Of a DNA stretch of 64,000 nucleotides, positions 52,488 to 64,000 are shown in pieces. Made by a program: the position numbers and the translations under genes. Source of the DNA: Eledone cirrhosa. Its lineage: Eukaryota. Within the stretch, counting starts at the first letter, position 1. Each line of letters starts with the position of its first letter. The stretch spans positions 109,926,001 through 109,990,000 of the forward strand of contig OZ024742.1 in assembly GCA_964016885.1 (NCBI GenBank), in the 5' to 3' direction. The notes under the pieces are model-generated. The model saw nothing but the letters and a program-made list of their open reading frames with translations. It searched no databases and was not told the DNA's origin.

Positions 52488-53091
52488 TATGATCAAAGAA
52501 AGACACACCAAGTCTAACGACGCGTGTTTGTAATAGACAACATGAACGATAAAAAAAAGTGGAGGTGAAGCAACAAAGATAGAGTATATCTTATTAAGTT
52601 AACAATCACTATGATATATGAAATGACCTCCTAGAGAGGAAGAGAGAGAGAGAGTTTAAATGCCAAATCTGGTTTATACTACCGGCAAGCTAATAATAAA
52701 TAAATATCCAAACGGAGCCGATACCAATCTACTGTTTAATGACATTAAAAAAACGAATGACTAAAAGCGGTTTGTGCAATGAAAAAATATAGCTAATTTG
52801 TTGTAACCTGTTCGGTAATTTCAGCTAAATGTCATGTTCTCTGTATAGGAAAATAATAACAAGAAAAACAGTAATTACACGTGAATTTGTCGGTCAATGT
52901 TGTCGTCTTGGAAAACATTGTAAGATATGTTGACATCTTAGAATTACACAAATAAGAATAAAACAGTTTTTTTTTTGTGAATTTCTAACGAGAATATAAG
53001 TTAACTGTTCATTATATTCTGCAAGTGTTCATTGCACTACATTGTAGTTAATTACAATAATTAGATGGCAAAAACAAATAAAGCGTCCAAT

Positions 53092-53135
53092 ACATGCCGG
53101 AAGTTTCGATCGCGTAGGAGGAAGTAGCGGCCGTT
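53092..53135. promoter_or_regulatory. Putative PIGO promoter (ETS/GABP-type motifs)
   Basis: GCCGGAAGT and GGAAGT within a local CpG-rich patch about 600 bp upstream of the PIGO ATG. Confidence 0.4.
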
Positions 53136-53524
53136 ATTAACAAAGCACCATTTAAGTTATTTCCCTTTGATTAGTTGATTAAACTCAAGGGAAATAATCC
53201 TCAGGTCTGTACAACGCACACAAAGCCGTTAAGTATTTTATTGAGAAATAATTTCCATGAAAAAGGGACACATTTATTTTCACATCTACATATTCTTGAT
53301 CATGTGCTTTAGATAATAAATTGATAATTCATTTGAGATATATTTCTTATTTTAAAATATATATTGTACATATTAACGCAATTTATGAAATTGAATAATA
53401 TTTATAAAAGAAACAAATCAATAGAAATTAATCAGAGAAAAAAGATAAAATATGCAGGAAAAGACATACATTCAGTAACATACTAAAATAGAGAATATTG
53501 GTGATATCCTTTAGAAAATTGAAA

Positions 53525-53850
53525 CAATTGGATGAAAGAAATGATTAGATGGATGCTACACCAGAATACTTAGAATTGCACTCTATGTGATTGGAGAAGC
53601 CATGTAGAAAATGCAGAAATTTATGATGATTTTCCAAAAGTTTCATTAAAAGTTCAACAAAAAGGATGTGCAACTTGCAGGCTACTGCATCAGACACATG
53701 ATGAGGTGGCAAACAAGTTATTGCTCTGGCAACCTACTGACGGAAGAATCTGTAGAGGAAGAAGAAAAATTACCTAATGGACACTCTGCTAAAAAAACAC
53801 ACATATGGAGAGAGTAGAGGAGCTCAAGACCATCATGAATGACCAGGAAA
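53525..53850 (+). mobile_element. RTE-X-like LINE 3' fragment
   Basis: Manual translation LDGCYTRILRIAL...FPKVS.KV...LAGYCIRH.DEVANKLLLWQPTDGR..RGR, homologous to 15955-16398. Confidence 0.65.
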
Positions 53851-53867
53851 AATGAATATAATGAATG

Positions 53868-54555
53868 CATAATGAAATTATTGTGTACAGTGCTCAGGTG
53901 CACTACAATTCGTCAAAGGTGCATGTATAGTACATAGAATAATATACAAATGTCAGGGAAGTGAATAGTGTATGAGTCATGATATACATGTGTGCGTGTG
54001 TGTGGAGGGGGAATATTAGGTGTAGTGTTGGCGAATCTCAGGAAGCATGGAGGTTTTAAAGGATGCAGTGTCTCGACAGCTAATAACTGATGCAGGTAGT
54101 TTGTTCCATGCTTCAGCAACTCTGATTGTGAAAAATGTTTCCGAAAGTCATGGGAGCTGTGCTGTTTTCTGACTTTGTGGGCATGCCCACGTGTCTTAGA
54201 CACATGGAAATCAAAAAGGTACTCAGTTAGTAATTTTGTGGGTGTTTACCAAGTCAGTTGCCAGACGTCGGAGCTTCAATGCATCCATGCCCAGGGAAGC
54301 AAGGCGTTCAGATTATGGTAGATGCCCGATGGAGGGTATTCGCTTGGTTGCACGTCTCTGAACAGTTTCCAGGCAGTCAATGTTCTGAGCAAGATAGAGG
54401 TTCCAGACTGTTGATGCAAATTCTAAGTGTGGCCGCACCATAGCTATATACAGCTTTAAATAGATAGCTGGAGAGCAGCTGACAAAGGTCTTGCTGAGAG
54501 ATGCTAAGACACCCTCAGCCTTCTTGACAATTTTAGAGACGTGCTTCGTCCAACG
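53868..54555 (-). mobile_element. CR1-clade LINE 3' fragment (same family as 43222-43980)
   Basis: Collinear nucleotide match to 43345-43980; TRGHAHKVRKQHSSHDFRKHF. Confidence 0.88.
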
Positions 54556-55074
54556 ATGTGTGGAATCAGGGGCATCCCACTGGACAACTAAGGATAGGAT
54601 AGCATGGCTAAGGTGCTGGAATAGCTAAACACCCTCACAAGCATCACCTGATACCTCAGCAGGGCAGGCTGCCAACCATGACAAAAACCTCATTGTCAGC
54701 AGTCCAGCTTTAGTTAAGAAGAATTTTTCTTTTTCTGTATTAGAGAAAGAAACAACAGTAAGTTGTTTTTTTATTCATTGATCTCTTTCTTATACTAGTT
54801 GCTCTATATTAAATTTTTTATTCCAGAACAGAAAACACCACAGCATACTATGAATTTTGGGCTTGTTGCCTTTAAATCATAAAATCACCCTTAACCCATA
54901 CTTCTATATAAGGGTGTTAATTTGCCAAAAAATGTAACCCATGCTAACATTACACTATTTAGTTTCATTTCTGTTACCAGTACCATGAAAATATAGAAGT
55001 AAATATCTGGATAGTTAAGATGATAACTTAAATTTTGGTTCTGGTTCACTCACACCCAAGCCTCTGCAAAGCTG

Positions 55075-55290
55075 GGAATAGACCCAGGACTGATATGAAA
55101 TGTAGGCTCTTAAAAGTAATGAGACTCAAGCCAGATGTCAAATATTGGCCCCTAAAACTAGTATTAAACCCAGGCCAGATGTGAAATGTAGGCACCTAAA
55201 ACTGGTAATAGACACAAGCCAGATGTGAAATGTAGGCACCACTAAATTTAATAATAGACCAAAACCAGATATGAAATTTAAGCCCCTTTT
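55075..55290 (+). repeat. About 44-bp minisatellite
   Basis: About 5 imperfect (G)CCAGATGTGAAATGTAGGCACCTAAAACT..TAATAGAC units. Confidence 0.75.
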
Positions 55291-58200
55291 CAAAAAACTC
55301 AATAAGTATTTTAGAAATTAGTGCTAAATGCAAATGATTTACATATATCGGTTATTATGATGTACTTACAAGTGACAGAACAAAATAAAAGAACTAAAAT
55401 TTGAAGGGAGCGCGAGGCCTTTCAAAATTGCAGGCTCATGCTAGCTGGTCTCCCTGTCTGTTCTCACCTGCTTACATCATAAATGAATTTGGGAAAAATT
55501 ATTCTGTTTCTTATCCATGGTAAGGCCTGAGTTTTACTTTCACTCTGCCACAATTCCATGCAGGCTTCCCAACTAGACACACCTCAAAACTTCATTGTTG
55601 GAATATATTAACCGGTGTCCTTTCTTTTAAGATAGTTGAGGTGATTTGCATGAAATTTACCTTCTATTTCTAGTAGATGGAGACACGTTAAAAATTAGTT
55701 GACAGTTTGTTGTTGCTATTTAGCCCCAGGTCATGAGAAAAGTCATGATCAAAAGCATTTCATTCATGGCCATCCCATCTTTTGAAGGGTGACTAGAAAT
55801 ACATTATCGAATATATTCTTTGTTTAAGAGAGTTAAGATCACTTAAGGGAAATCTTACTGTTATTTCTAACAGATAGAACTACCATTCCGCTTATAGTTG
55901 ATAGTTTTTGTTGCCTCAGTGGCTCAGTTAATACTAACGTGGTTGTAATGAAAATATAGCTGCTAAAGTAAAACAAAAAGGGGGTTTTGTTTTACATGCC
56001 TAAAAGATGGGAGGGTCATCAGTGGAATGCTTTCTGATGATAGGCCTATTTGATTAGAGCTGAAATAGGGCTAAACAACAACAAACATTTGTTGCATATA
56101 TAAGATGATATTGTCCAGTGCATTTTTGAAGCTGTGATCTGATGGAGATTAGCACTGAATCAAGAGAAATGTGTGCCTGCATGTATATATGTGTACATAT
56201 ATATACACACACACACACATATATGTGTGTGTGTGTATGTATATATATATTTATGTATAATAATCATACAAGAGTCTTGCTATGAATATCTTATACAGTG
56301 ATCATGTCACATCTATCTTAGATATGTGTTTCTGTATTTTTATCCATCATTTATGACATTTCCTTATTTGGTACTGATCAACAATTAGCTATAACTTATA
56401 TGCTTTTCAGCACACATGTTTGACATTCTCACATGCTATCGAGATAGTAACATGATCATAGCTTAACATATTCATTGTACATATACACATTGTATTTGTC
56501 TTCATATACACTACTATTACATATCTATTGTGGATGTAAACATGTCTAGATAGTTAAGAAGTTTGTTTTGCAATCATGAGGTTCAATATTTAATAACACT
56601 GCATACCATTTTGGACAAGTCTTTATAGCCTCAAGTCCACACTACCCTTGAATGAAATTAGAAAGATCAGAAATTCTGAGGAAATATATTGGATGGATTG
56701 AATCTTTAATTCAAAGATCTAGACTTTTCACTCACTGTATCAATAAGTAGGTACTTCTTTTGATCAGACAACTGAATATTTATTGTTGAAACTGACAGAT
56801 AGGTATTTACTTACATAGAACATAAAATTTCATGGAATGTGGTGCACAGGTGAAGGAAGGGGAAACAGATAAGTGTTAAATAATGTCCTGTACCACCTGA
56901 AATCATATTAGCAAGACATTCTTAAAAAATACAAAATGGCTGCAACACATTAAAGATTTAAATATTTACTGCAATACTGCAAATTTTCACAACAATCTCT
57001 CCACTAGTAAAGACACTATACACATTTGAATTAATAGACCACATTAGAAAAGTACATAACAATGCTATGACTGCACCACATTAAAAATTAAAGTGTTTAC
57101 TTTAGTTTACTGAAAATGTTCACAATGTAGTAAAGATAGTACAATCTTTTGAATTAATGAACCTGTTTTTAGATATTTTCTTCTAGATCATTGCAGGATG
57201 TTAAGAGTTAAAGCTAATGCATGCAGTAGAAGAGACTGCAATCGCTCTAATATGGTCAGGGGATATGTGAATAGACAATGAGTGCTGTGTATTGATAAGG
57301 GATTGTACTAATGGCAGAAGAAAAGAAGGAAGAAAGTGTGATGCTGATGGTGATGATTATGTTGATGATAATGATGGTGCTAGTGATGGTTATATCTGCC
57401 ATTTTCCCTTTGTTGATGTCCTCTTCCTTTTACTTGATGTAAAATAAATTCCACTGGTTGATTCTCTCTTTCTCCCACTCCCTAGAAGAAATTGGTTGCA
57501 TTCAGATCTGGAAAGGTTTAAAATGCACAAGTCATGACGGGGCCTCTATTTCTCCATTGTGAGTTACAGGTTCATGCGTACATTCTCCCCAACGTCTTGG
57601 GTCCTTGTTGCCAATAAAATAATTTATTATTATTATATTAGGTGCTCATGGCACTTTACCAGCTGAACAATTTGATAGGCATCCAGAAAACAACACTTGC
57701 ATTCTATAGAGTATTATTTGAAAATATGAGTAATGATAGCCTGGGAGCATCTCTGGGCATTGACAAGGACAGTCTGAACAGATTCTTCTGGAGGACTTTC
57801 AGGTCAGGGATTATAGATAATTTCCCCAAAATCCTTGAGGTGGCAGTGCTACAGAAGGGCTCAACCAGTTCAAGACAGGTTCTATCAGCAACAAAACTGT
57901 CCTGTATTGCAGGTTGGTGGGCTTGTGTCAAACAACTGCTATCATGTGTATGACTGATTCAGCTACCAGCAAGGTCTATTGTGAAAATTGAGCTGCCACC
58001 TTCATCTAGAAGAGAGGTGCAAAAAAATCTACCGTCATGTGGCTATGGCAAAAGAAACTGTATGGTAGTGACATCTAACAGGTTTGAGGATAGCCATGCT
58101 CTTATCAATTTCTTCGAAATTCACTTGAAGAGGAAGCTAAGGTTAGAGAGGGAGTTGATGCCTTCTAATATGTTTTATGAAACATGGGTGAGTACAGCAA

Positions 58201-58559
58201 ATTTGACATGGCTGAATGGGCCTATTCTGTTTTTGCTTTTCTAAGTAGGAGGAAAAAAAAATGAGAGGGCACTTTTACACATTTTACAATCAATTGTCAC
58301 GTTTTTGCCTCCTGTTACTGTATCTGGGTGATGATTGTACCATTTTCCCTCCATTTTCAGATCATAAATCCTGCACATTACCCAGTGTAAATATTACCCC
58401 ACTCTATTCCTGTTATATTATTATAATCATGTCATTCTTCAGAATTGATCTTAATTTCTGGTTTAGTCAAGATAGTAGACCCTATTCTGGGGTCTTAGGT
58501 ATCATGATGTTTTCCTTTTTTTTTTTTTTCAGTTTGTATCTAATACCTTTCTTATTATC

Positions 58560-60180
58560 CTAGCCATCCCATGCAAACAGGGTTTCTGCAACATTTCCTA
58601 TGTGAGATTTAGGTTTAGTTTTTTTTATAAATCCATCAAAGTTCTTTGTGATCATCCTTAAGGTGCCAACAGGTATTATTTAACCTTTTCATCTTCCACA
58701 TTCTTGCAATTTCATACTTCAGGGGGCCATAATTTGTGCATTTTTCTTCTTCTCTTCCTTCTATGCAAGTATCAAATGGACAAGCTGTATCTATCAACTG
58801 ACATGTTTTGTTTTCTTTTCGTTTACAGTGATGTCTGGTCTATTATGACTTAGCCGTTTATCGGTTTGTATGGGTAAATCCCATAAGATCTTGCAGTCTT
58901 CTGACTCTAATATTTTCTCCGGTTGGTACATGTACTATTTGCTATCTTGTCAAATCCCCACTTTTTGCAGTTTCCAGTGGATTACTTTGGCCACACTCTC
59001 ATGTCTTGCCTTCTTATACTTATTTTAAGCACGTTTCAGACACTCTGAAACAATGCGTGCCACTGTTTCAACTGCACCATCACACAATCAAGAGGAGATA
59101 CGTCTTCTCCATACACTGCTTTTCTGATGTTATTTGTGCAAATTGCTTGATCTTATGCTGCAATTATTGTGCTTTTTGTTTCCTTTTTCAAATACCCCAT
59201 TTTTTAGCCAATCCCACGATATCTTTCCTCTCACCTCATCTGTTTCTTTTCTGAACTGTCCATGTCGTGTCTTGCTTTCATATGCAGTTTCATGTTTATT
59301 CTGCACATTTTCTTCTCTTTTGCCACCAGTGTTAGTTCCTAAAAAAGACCTGCTCTATTCACTGCTCTCAATAGCTCCTCTTTAGGCATGTGTAAATATT
59401 GCTCTAACCCTTTCATTTCTATTTTAACACAATCTTCTATCCCAATCAAAACTCAGCTTCATTAGCTCTTTTCACATGTAATCGGTCCAGATCTGCCTTG
59501 GGGTGATGTGCTCCATACATTATCAGCAGCTTCTTTGTTTGTGATCCCAAGCCTCCAGCTCTGCCTTTATCCAATCTATGATGCCAGCCCATATCTAATG
59601 ATAGACACTGCTCTTGAGTTGATACCAGAGTTAATATTCTCACAGTTGTGTTTTGATTTAAATATTGTCTTCAATTGTGATACATACTCTTTGATTGCCT
59701 GATCCTTCATCTCTTCATGTTATATTCCATCTGCTTCCAATATTCTAAGATATTTATATCCTCTTCCTTCTATGCATTTCATCATGTTACCATCTCGCAT
59801 CACAATTTGTTCTTTCCCAAAACTTTTCCTCTCTTCATAATCAGCACAGCACATTTTAACAAACCAAATTCCCTCTTTATATCATCTGAAAATATCCTAA
59901 CAGCATTTACCAAGCTGTTTATTTGATCTTCACTTTTCACACACAATTTAAGATCATCCATGAAGAGGTGATTGACTCTTTCTCCTCCCTTCTTTAGTTC
60001 ATAAAATATCATTTTTCTCAACATCAGTGTCAGTGGAATTATCACTACCATAAACAACAATGATGATAAACTATCTCCTTGGAATATCTCACGTCTTATC
60101 ACATTTACTAGCTTTTCATTGCCAGCGACTACTTCAGTATTCCACTGTTTCATACTCACTTTCATGAAATGGCTCATGTT
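58560..60180 (-). mobile_element. Dong/R4-clade non-LTR retrotransposon remnant
   Basis: IFQGDSLSSLLF...NHLFMDDLKL; GAHHPKADLDRLHVKR; and on the minus strand HESVAKVIHW...KILWDLPIQTDK...NRPDI (restriction-like endonuclease). Confidence 0.8.
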
Positions 60181-60199
60181 ATTATTATTATTTGGACGC

Positions 60200-60410
60200 T
60201 TAGGGTGGTGGATTGGCAGTATCGTTAGAACATCAGACATGCTTTGTGGCATATAGTTAAAGTCCTTTACGTTCTAAGTTCAAATCCCGCCAAGGTTAGC
60301 TTTGCCTTTCATCCTAACGGGGTTAAAATATACTACCGGTAACGCACCGGATCAATTTAATCGACTTTCCCTACTCACAAAATTGTCCTTGTCCTTAAAT
60401 AAGAAACCAT
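60200..60410 (+). mobile_element. tRNA-derived SINE
   Basis: Same family as 30447-30869 (GTTCAAATCCCGCC.AGGTT..CTTTGCCTTTCATCC). Confidence 0.75.
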
Positions 60411-60914
60411 TGTTTCGTTGTTTTTTTTAGTAGGATCTGTGGGAAATTCACACGTTTTGTGAATGCTCTTATTTCTATTTTGAGGTATAAATTCATATAT
60501 CTTCATAACATTGTTCATTGTTTAGAGATTTCGTTCAACATAGTTAATACTAGTTTGAAGCGTAACATTCGAATACACGTCGTGACAAGCAGGATGATAT
60601 TATAGATTAAAGATTCCAATATCCCATTTTAGTTAATAAATAATAATATACACATTCCACTTGTTTTAAACTACGCGGTATAAATAGCCAAAAGAAATGA
60701 AAAAAAAACAATTATTTTTGGTAACCAGTATTTTACATAAGCTATTTATTTCAAAATTAAATGCAATTTGATTTCACGGGTATAACGTTGAAATCGAATT
60801 GTAATTTTAAATGGATGATAAAGCTAATTATAAAGTCAAAAATATAACAAGAGCCTCCGAGTTAAGCATTTTCCAAGACATTTTTTAAAATAAATACTTT
60901 TAAAACATATTTTC

Positions 60915-61070
60915 GGTGTAGGAAGTTGCGCCCCCTACCGACCAACCCTAGAAAACAAACGAAGTGCGCCTTTAAATTCATAATAATTCAGCAGTGAATA
61001 GTAAACGGTGCAGTGATTGGTTAAGAAAGTCACGATGTCATATGTGCACGTTTGAAGCCGCCATATTGGA
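60915..61070 (+). promoter_or_regulatory. Putative core promoter (ETS, reverse CCAAT, YY1)
   Basis: GGAAGT at about 60921, TGATTGG at 61014-61020 and GCCGCCATATTG at 61057-61068. CpG-enriched relative to the flanks. Confidence 0.55.
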
Positions 61071-61250
61071 GAGGAAGAGTAAAAAACACCTCGAGTATAT
61101 TATTTGTGCTGTTTTAGAATTAACGTAGTTCATAAGTCAGAGTGAGCCGAGGAAGAAGAAAGAAAAAAAAATATACATACGAATCACAATTGCACATTAA
61201 TCTATTTCCCCTCCCCTTTGTACATAAGGCACGGACTTGCCTCATCCAAT

Positions 61251-61391
61251 ATGTCGTCTGAAGCTGGAGGGACGGCAGTATCGAGTGCCGGGATAAGTCG
61301 TGTGGAGTCATCATCTACCACCGTCCGAGAAGACACTAGCAATAACACTTCACCTGGCAGCGGAACGGATGCCGCCCAGAAACCAATACAG
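61251..61391 (+). CDS. Probable first coding exon of an unidentified gene
   Basis: AATATG start, 47 open codons MSSEAGGTAVSSAGISRVESSSTTVREDTSNNTSPGSGTDAAQKPIQ, then a CAG|GTATGA donor. Sits directly behind promoter motifs. Confidence 0.6.
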
Positions 61392-63072
61392 GTATGATCT
61401 ACAATACAACATTTAGTGTTGCTTCTGCAGTTAAAAAAAACCCACTCCTCTCTACTTAATCCCCTATTGTTTTTGCTTTTTAAACTTCGATATTTCAGCT
61501 ATTTTATACGAGTGGTATATAATTATATAGTAGTTATAAAGTATAGACCCAACGAAAATGCCCGTTTTGGAACAATACTATGTATCTATATCTACTTTGC
61601 AACTTAACATGCATCGATTTGTGGTGTTCTCTTTCTTCGAACCTTGAACATTTCACACAGACAAATATTTATATAAGGTGAAGTAAGTGTTTATTTAAAT
61701 ACCAGCGTACTTATTAAAACGTCCAAACAGTAACTAAATGGACACTCAGTACATGTGAGCAGAATGTAAGATTTATTTTTTGCAAGAGAAAGATGACTGT
61801 GACATCGAAGTTTCAGTTATTGCTTTCATCAAGCAGCCTGACCAGATAAAGCAATAGCTGAAAATTCGAAGTCACTACTACCTTTCATTTATATATATTT
61901 GCTGTGTCTTTCCATTCTTTTGTGATTATTTAATTAATTATTTGTTTATATTTTACCCCTGAGTTGAAAATATATTTTAGTAGCCTTGGGAGAGAGATTT
62001 GATTAAAGAAAATCTTTTGCCCTTATATAAATCATTTAACATTGCACTAAGGATTAGATTAGTGGCATCGGTGTTTAATTTTATAATATTTTACATAATG
62101 TTTTACTTGAAAGTAGGGTAGTTAATAACCGTTTAAAATGTCTAACTGGACGAAGATGAATGAATTTAATCAGTCTTGCTACTTACGGACAAAATATCAA
62201 TATTGCACAACGAAAATGACCGAGTGGATAAAAATACTGGATTATCAGAGCAGGAGGTTTCAATGAATTTTTAATGATTTCTTTTGCCTAACTCACACAC
62301 ACACATACATCTATCTATCTATATATATATATAATGCAAACATAATCTATTAATGTACCTTGTGTTTAACCCTAAGCTTGGAGGGATTCGATAAAAATAG
62401 ACCTAAGTTTTTCATTAGTAACCTGATATTTGGAGCATTAATTAACAAAAAGTTCTTAAAGGTTCTGTTTTAGGATCGAAGGAAGAAATGGACTTGGTCG
62501 GTTTCGATGCTGAGTGTTCCAGTTCGATCAACAGAACAGTCTGCTTCTAAAATTAACGTATAAGGGAGATAGTGCATGACAAGGGCCATTCCTTTGAATT
62601 ACAGGTAGAGTTCGTCAGACGGATTCCTCAAACAGTTTCTGTCTCTCCGATATCACTCACAAGACATAGGGCGACCCGAGGCTATGATAGAAGATACCAT
62701 GCAATGTGATCGAAGCTGGGATCCAGTGATTACAAACTTAACCATTCGGTCATGTCGCGTCCTCTATTTTTTATTTTATTTTAGGATAGAAACAAACGAT
62801 TTTTATCAAGGATATATTTCATGCATTTAGGCAACGAAGTACTGAATGCGAACAAGCTACATTGCAATTTTCACTAGCAACAAATATATAAATGGCGTTT
62901 TAACTGTCCATACTCGAAAAACATGGGAGAGATATAAATGTTTCACACTACGAAATTGTTTTATTAGGAGAATCATTGGCCAGCCCTCTTCGTTTTAGGT
63001 CTAGGCAATGTAAACAATGACTTCGACAGTTTCCGTGCCGGAAGTTGCTTATTTTTGTCTATATATATATAT

Positions 63073-63501
63073 AAGTAGAAGGGATATTTAATTTGTTGGA
63101 AATTCAACAAATATAAATGTTTATAACTGATTCAGATGGCATATATATATATGATGATATTAAATAAATGGAAACTATATTTATTCTATTAGATATATTT
63201 CAAGGGTACCAAAAACTTTGGTATGCTTTCATCAGATAAAATACAAAGTGTGCTTTATAAATTTTGACATAGCCAAGGAAACATACCTTATCAGTTGAAT
63301 TTTCCTTGGATAATTCAACTGATAAGGTATGTTTCCTTGGATTTTCCAAGGAAAATTCAACTGATAAGGTATGTTTCCTTGGCTATGTCAAAATTTATAA
63401 AACACACTTTGTATTTTATCTGATGAAAGCGCACCAAAGTTTTTGGTACCCTTGAAATATATATACTAGAATAAATATAGTTTCCATTTATTTAATATCA
63501 T
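63073..63501 (-). mobile_element. Fold-back element G (about 155-bp arms, nested extra repeat, hammerhead-like core)
   Basis: Arms 63154-63310 and 63345-63501; tail 63073-63153; (TA)n on both sides. CTGATGA-stem-GAAA on - at 63192-63235 and on + at 63420-63463. Confidence 0.85.
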
Positions 63502-64000
63502 TGTGTATATATATATATATATAATTGAGGTGTATATGGATGCATATGTTTATGTATGATAAGCATATATGTCCCACTATGAGTGTTTTAAGCTGTGATC
63601 ATGTCACAGCTATCTCAGTGTAAGAACGCTATACACTTGTTTCAGGATTGTTAACATCATTAGGGACGTTTATTTGCATACATTGAGAGCTTGACTGGCT
63701 AGGATTAATTTGCAGTAGCTCTAAAAATAGTAACCAAATTTTCCTCAAATCAGACACTACTGCCATTTTACGAAAGGAATAGATACTTCAGATAACTGGC
63801 TGTTGAACTAATACAATGTGATTCAAAATAAGTGTATATGGAAATATATGTATGGACCTGTAACTTCTAGTGTAATTGTAGGGGTGTAGTAACATAGTGT
63901 CTTTGTTTTTTTTTTAAATTGCTAGAAATCATTTGCTCTCCGATTTCTTGCAGAGAAGGAATAGGGATTAAGAAAGAGATATTGAGGAAGAAGCAATCTT

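Noticed and set aside
55075-55290. Regularly spaced repeats resembling a CRISPR array (also 38925-39090, 48860-49289)
   Set aside because: Whole units are repeated with no unique spacers, there are no cas genes, and the context is eukaryotic: these are minisatellites.
57640-58245. Possible host exons or LINE remnant
   Set aside because: Looks like a degraded minus-strand non-LTR fragment, but no diagnostic motif could be read, so it is not called.

Overview
AT-rich, repeat-dense eukaryotic (animal) genomic DNA. The microsatellite load, SINE types and RTE/CRE/Dong/Penelope content suggest an octopod cephalopod (inference). Host genes: a complete 5-exon phosphoserine phosphatase (PSPH, +, 35114-38833, 238 aa) converging tail-to-tail on a complete 5-exon GPI ethanolamine-phosphate transferase 3 (PIGO, -, 52487-40453, about 1091 aa). 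A probable first coding exon of an unidentified gene lies at 61251-61391 behind a YY1/CCAAT/ETS promoter. The rest is mostly decayed mobile DNA: a two-LTR Ty3/Gypsy element (20897-26813) with a nested solo LTR, RTE, RTE-X, CR1, L2, CRE and Dong/R4 LINE remnants, a Neptune-type Penelope GIY-YIG remnant, non-autonomous Helitrons and tRNA-derived SINEs. The most striking non-genic signal is eight asymmetric fold-back units from about seven unrelated sequence families. They share one architecture: (TA)n - inverted arm - variable loop - arm - unpaired tail - (TA)n. Most carry minimal hammerhead-ribozyme-like cores, and two copies of one family stop their inverted arm at the same base. There is also a Helitron palindrome folded back at a 3'-end/5'-end (CTAG|TC) junction. 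All calls were made by eye without database searches, and repeat boundaries are approximate.
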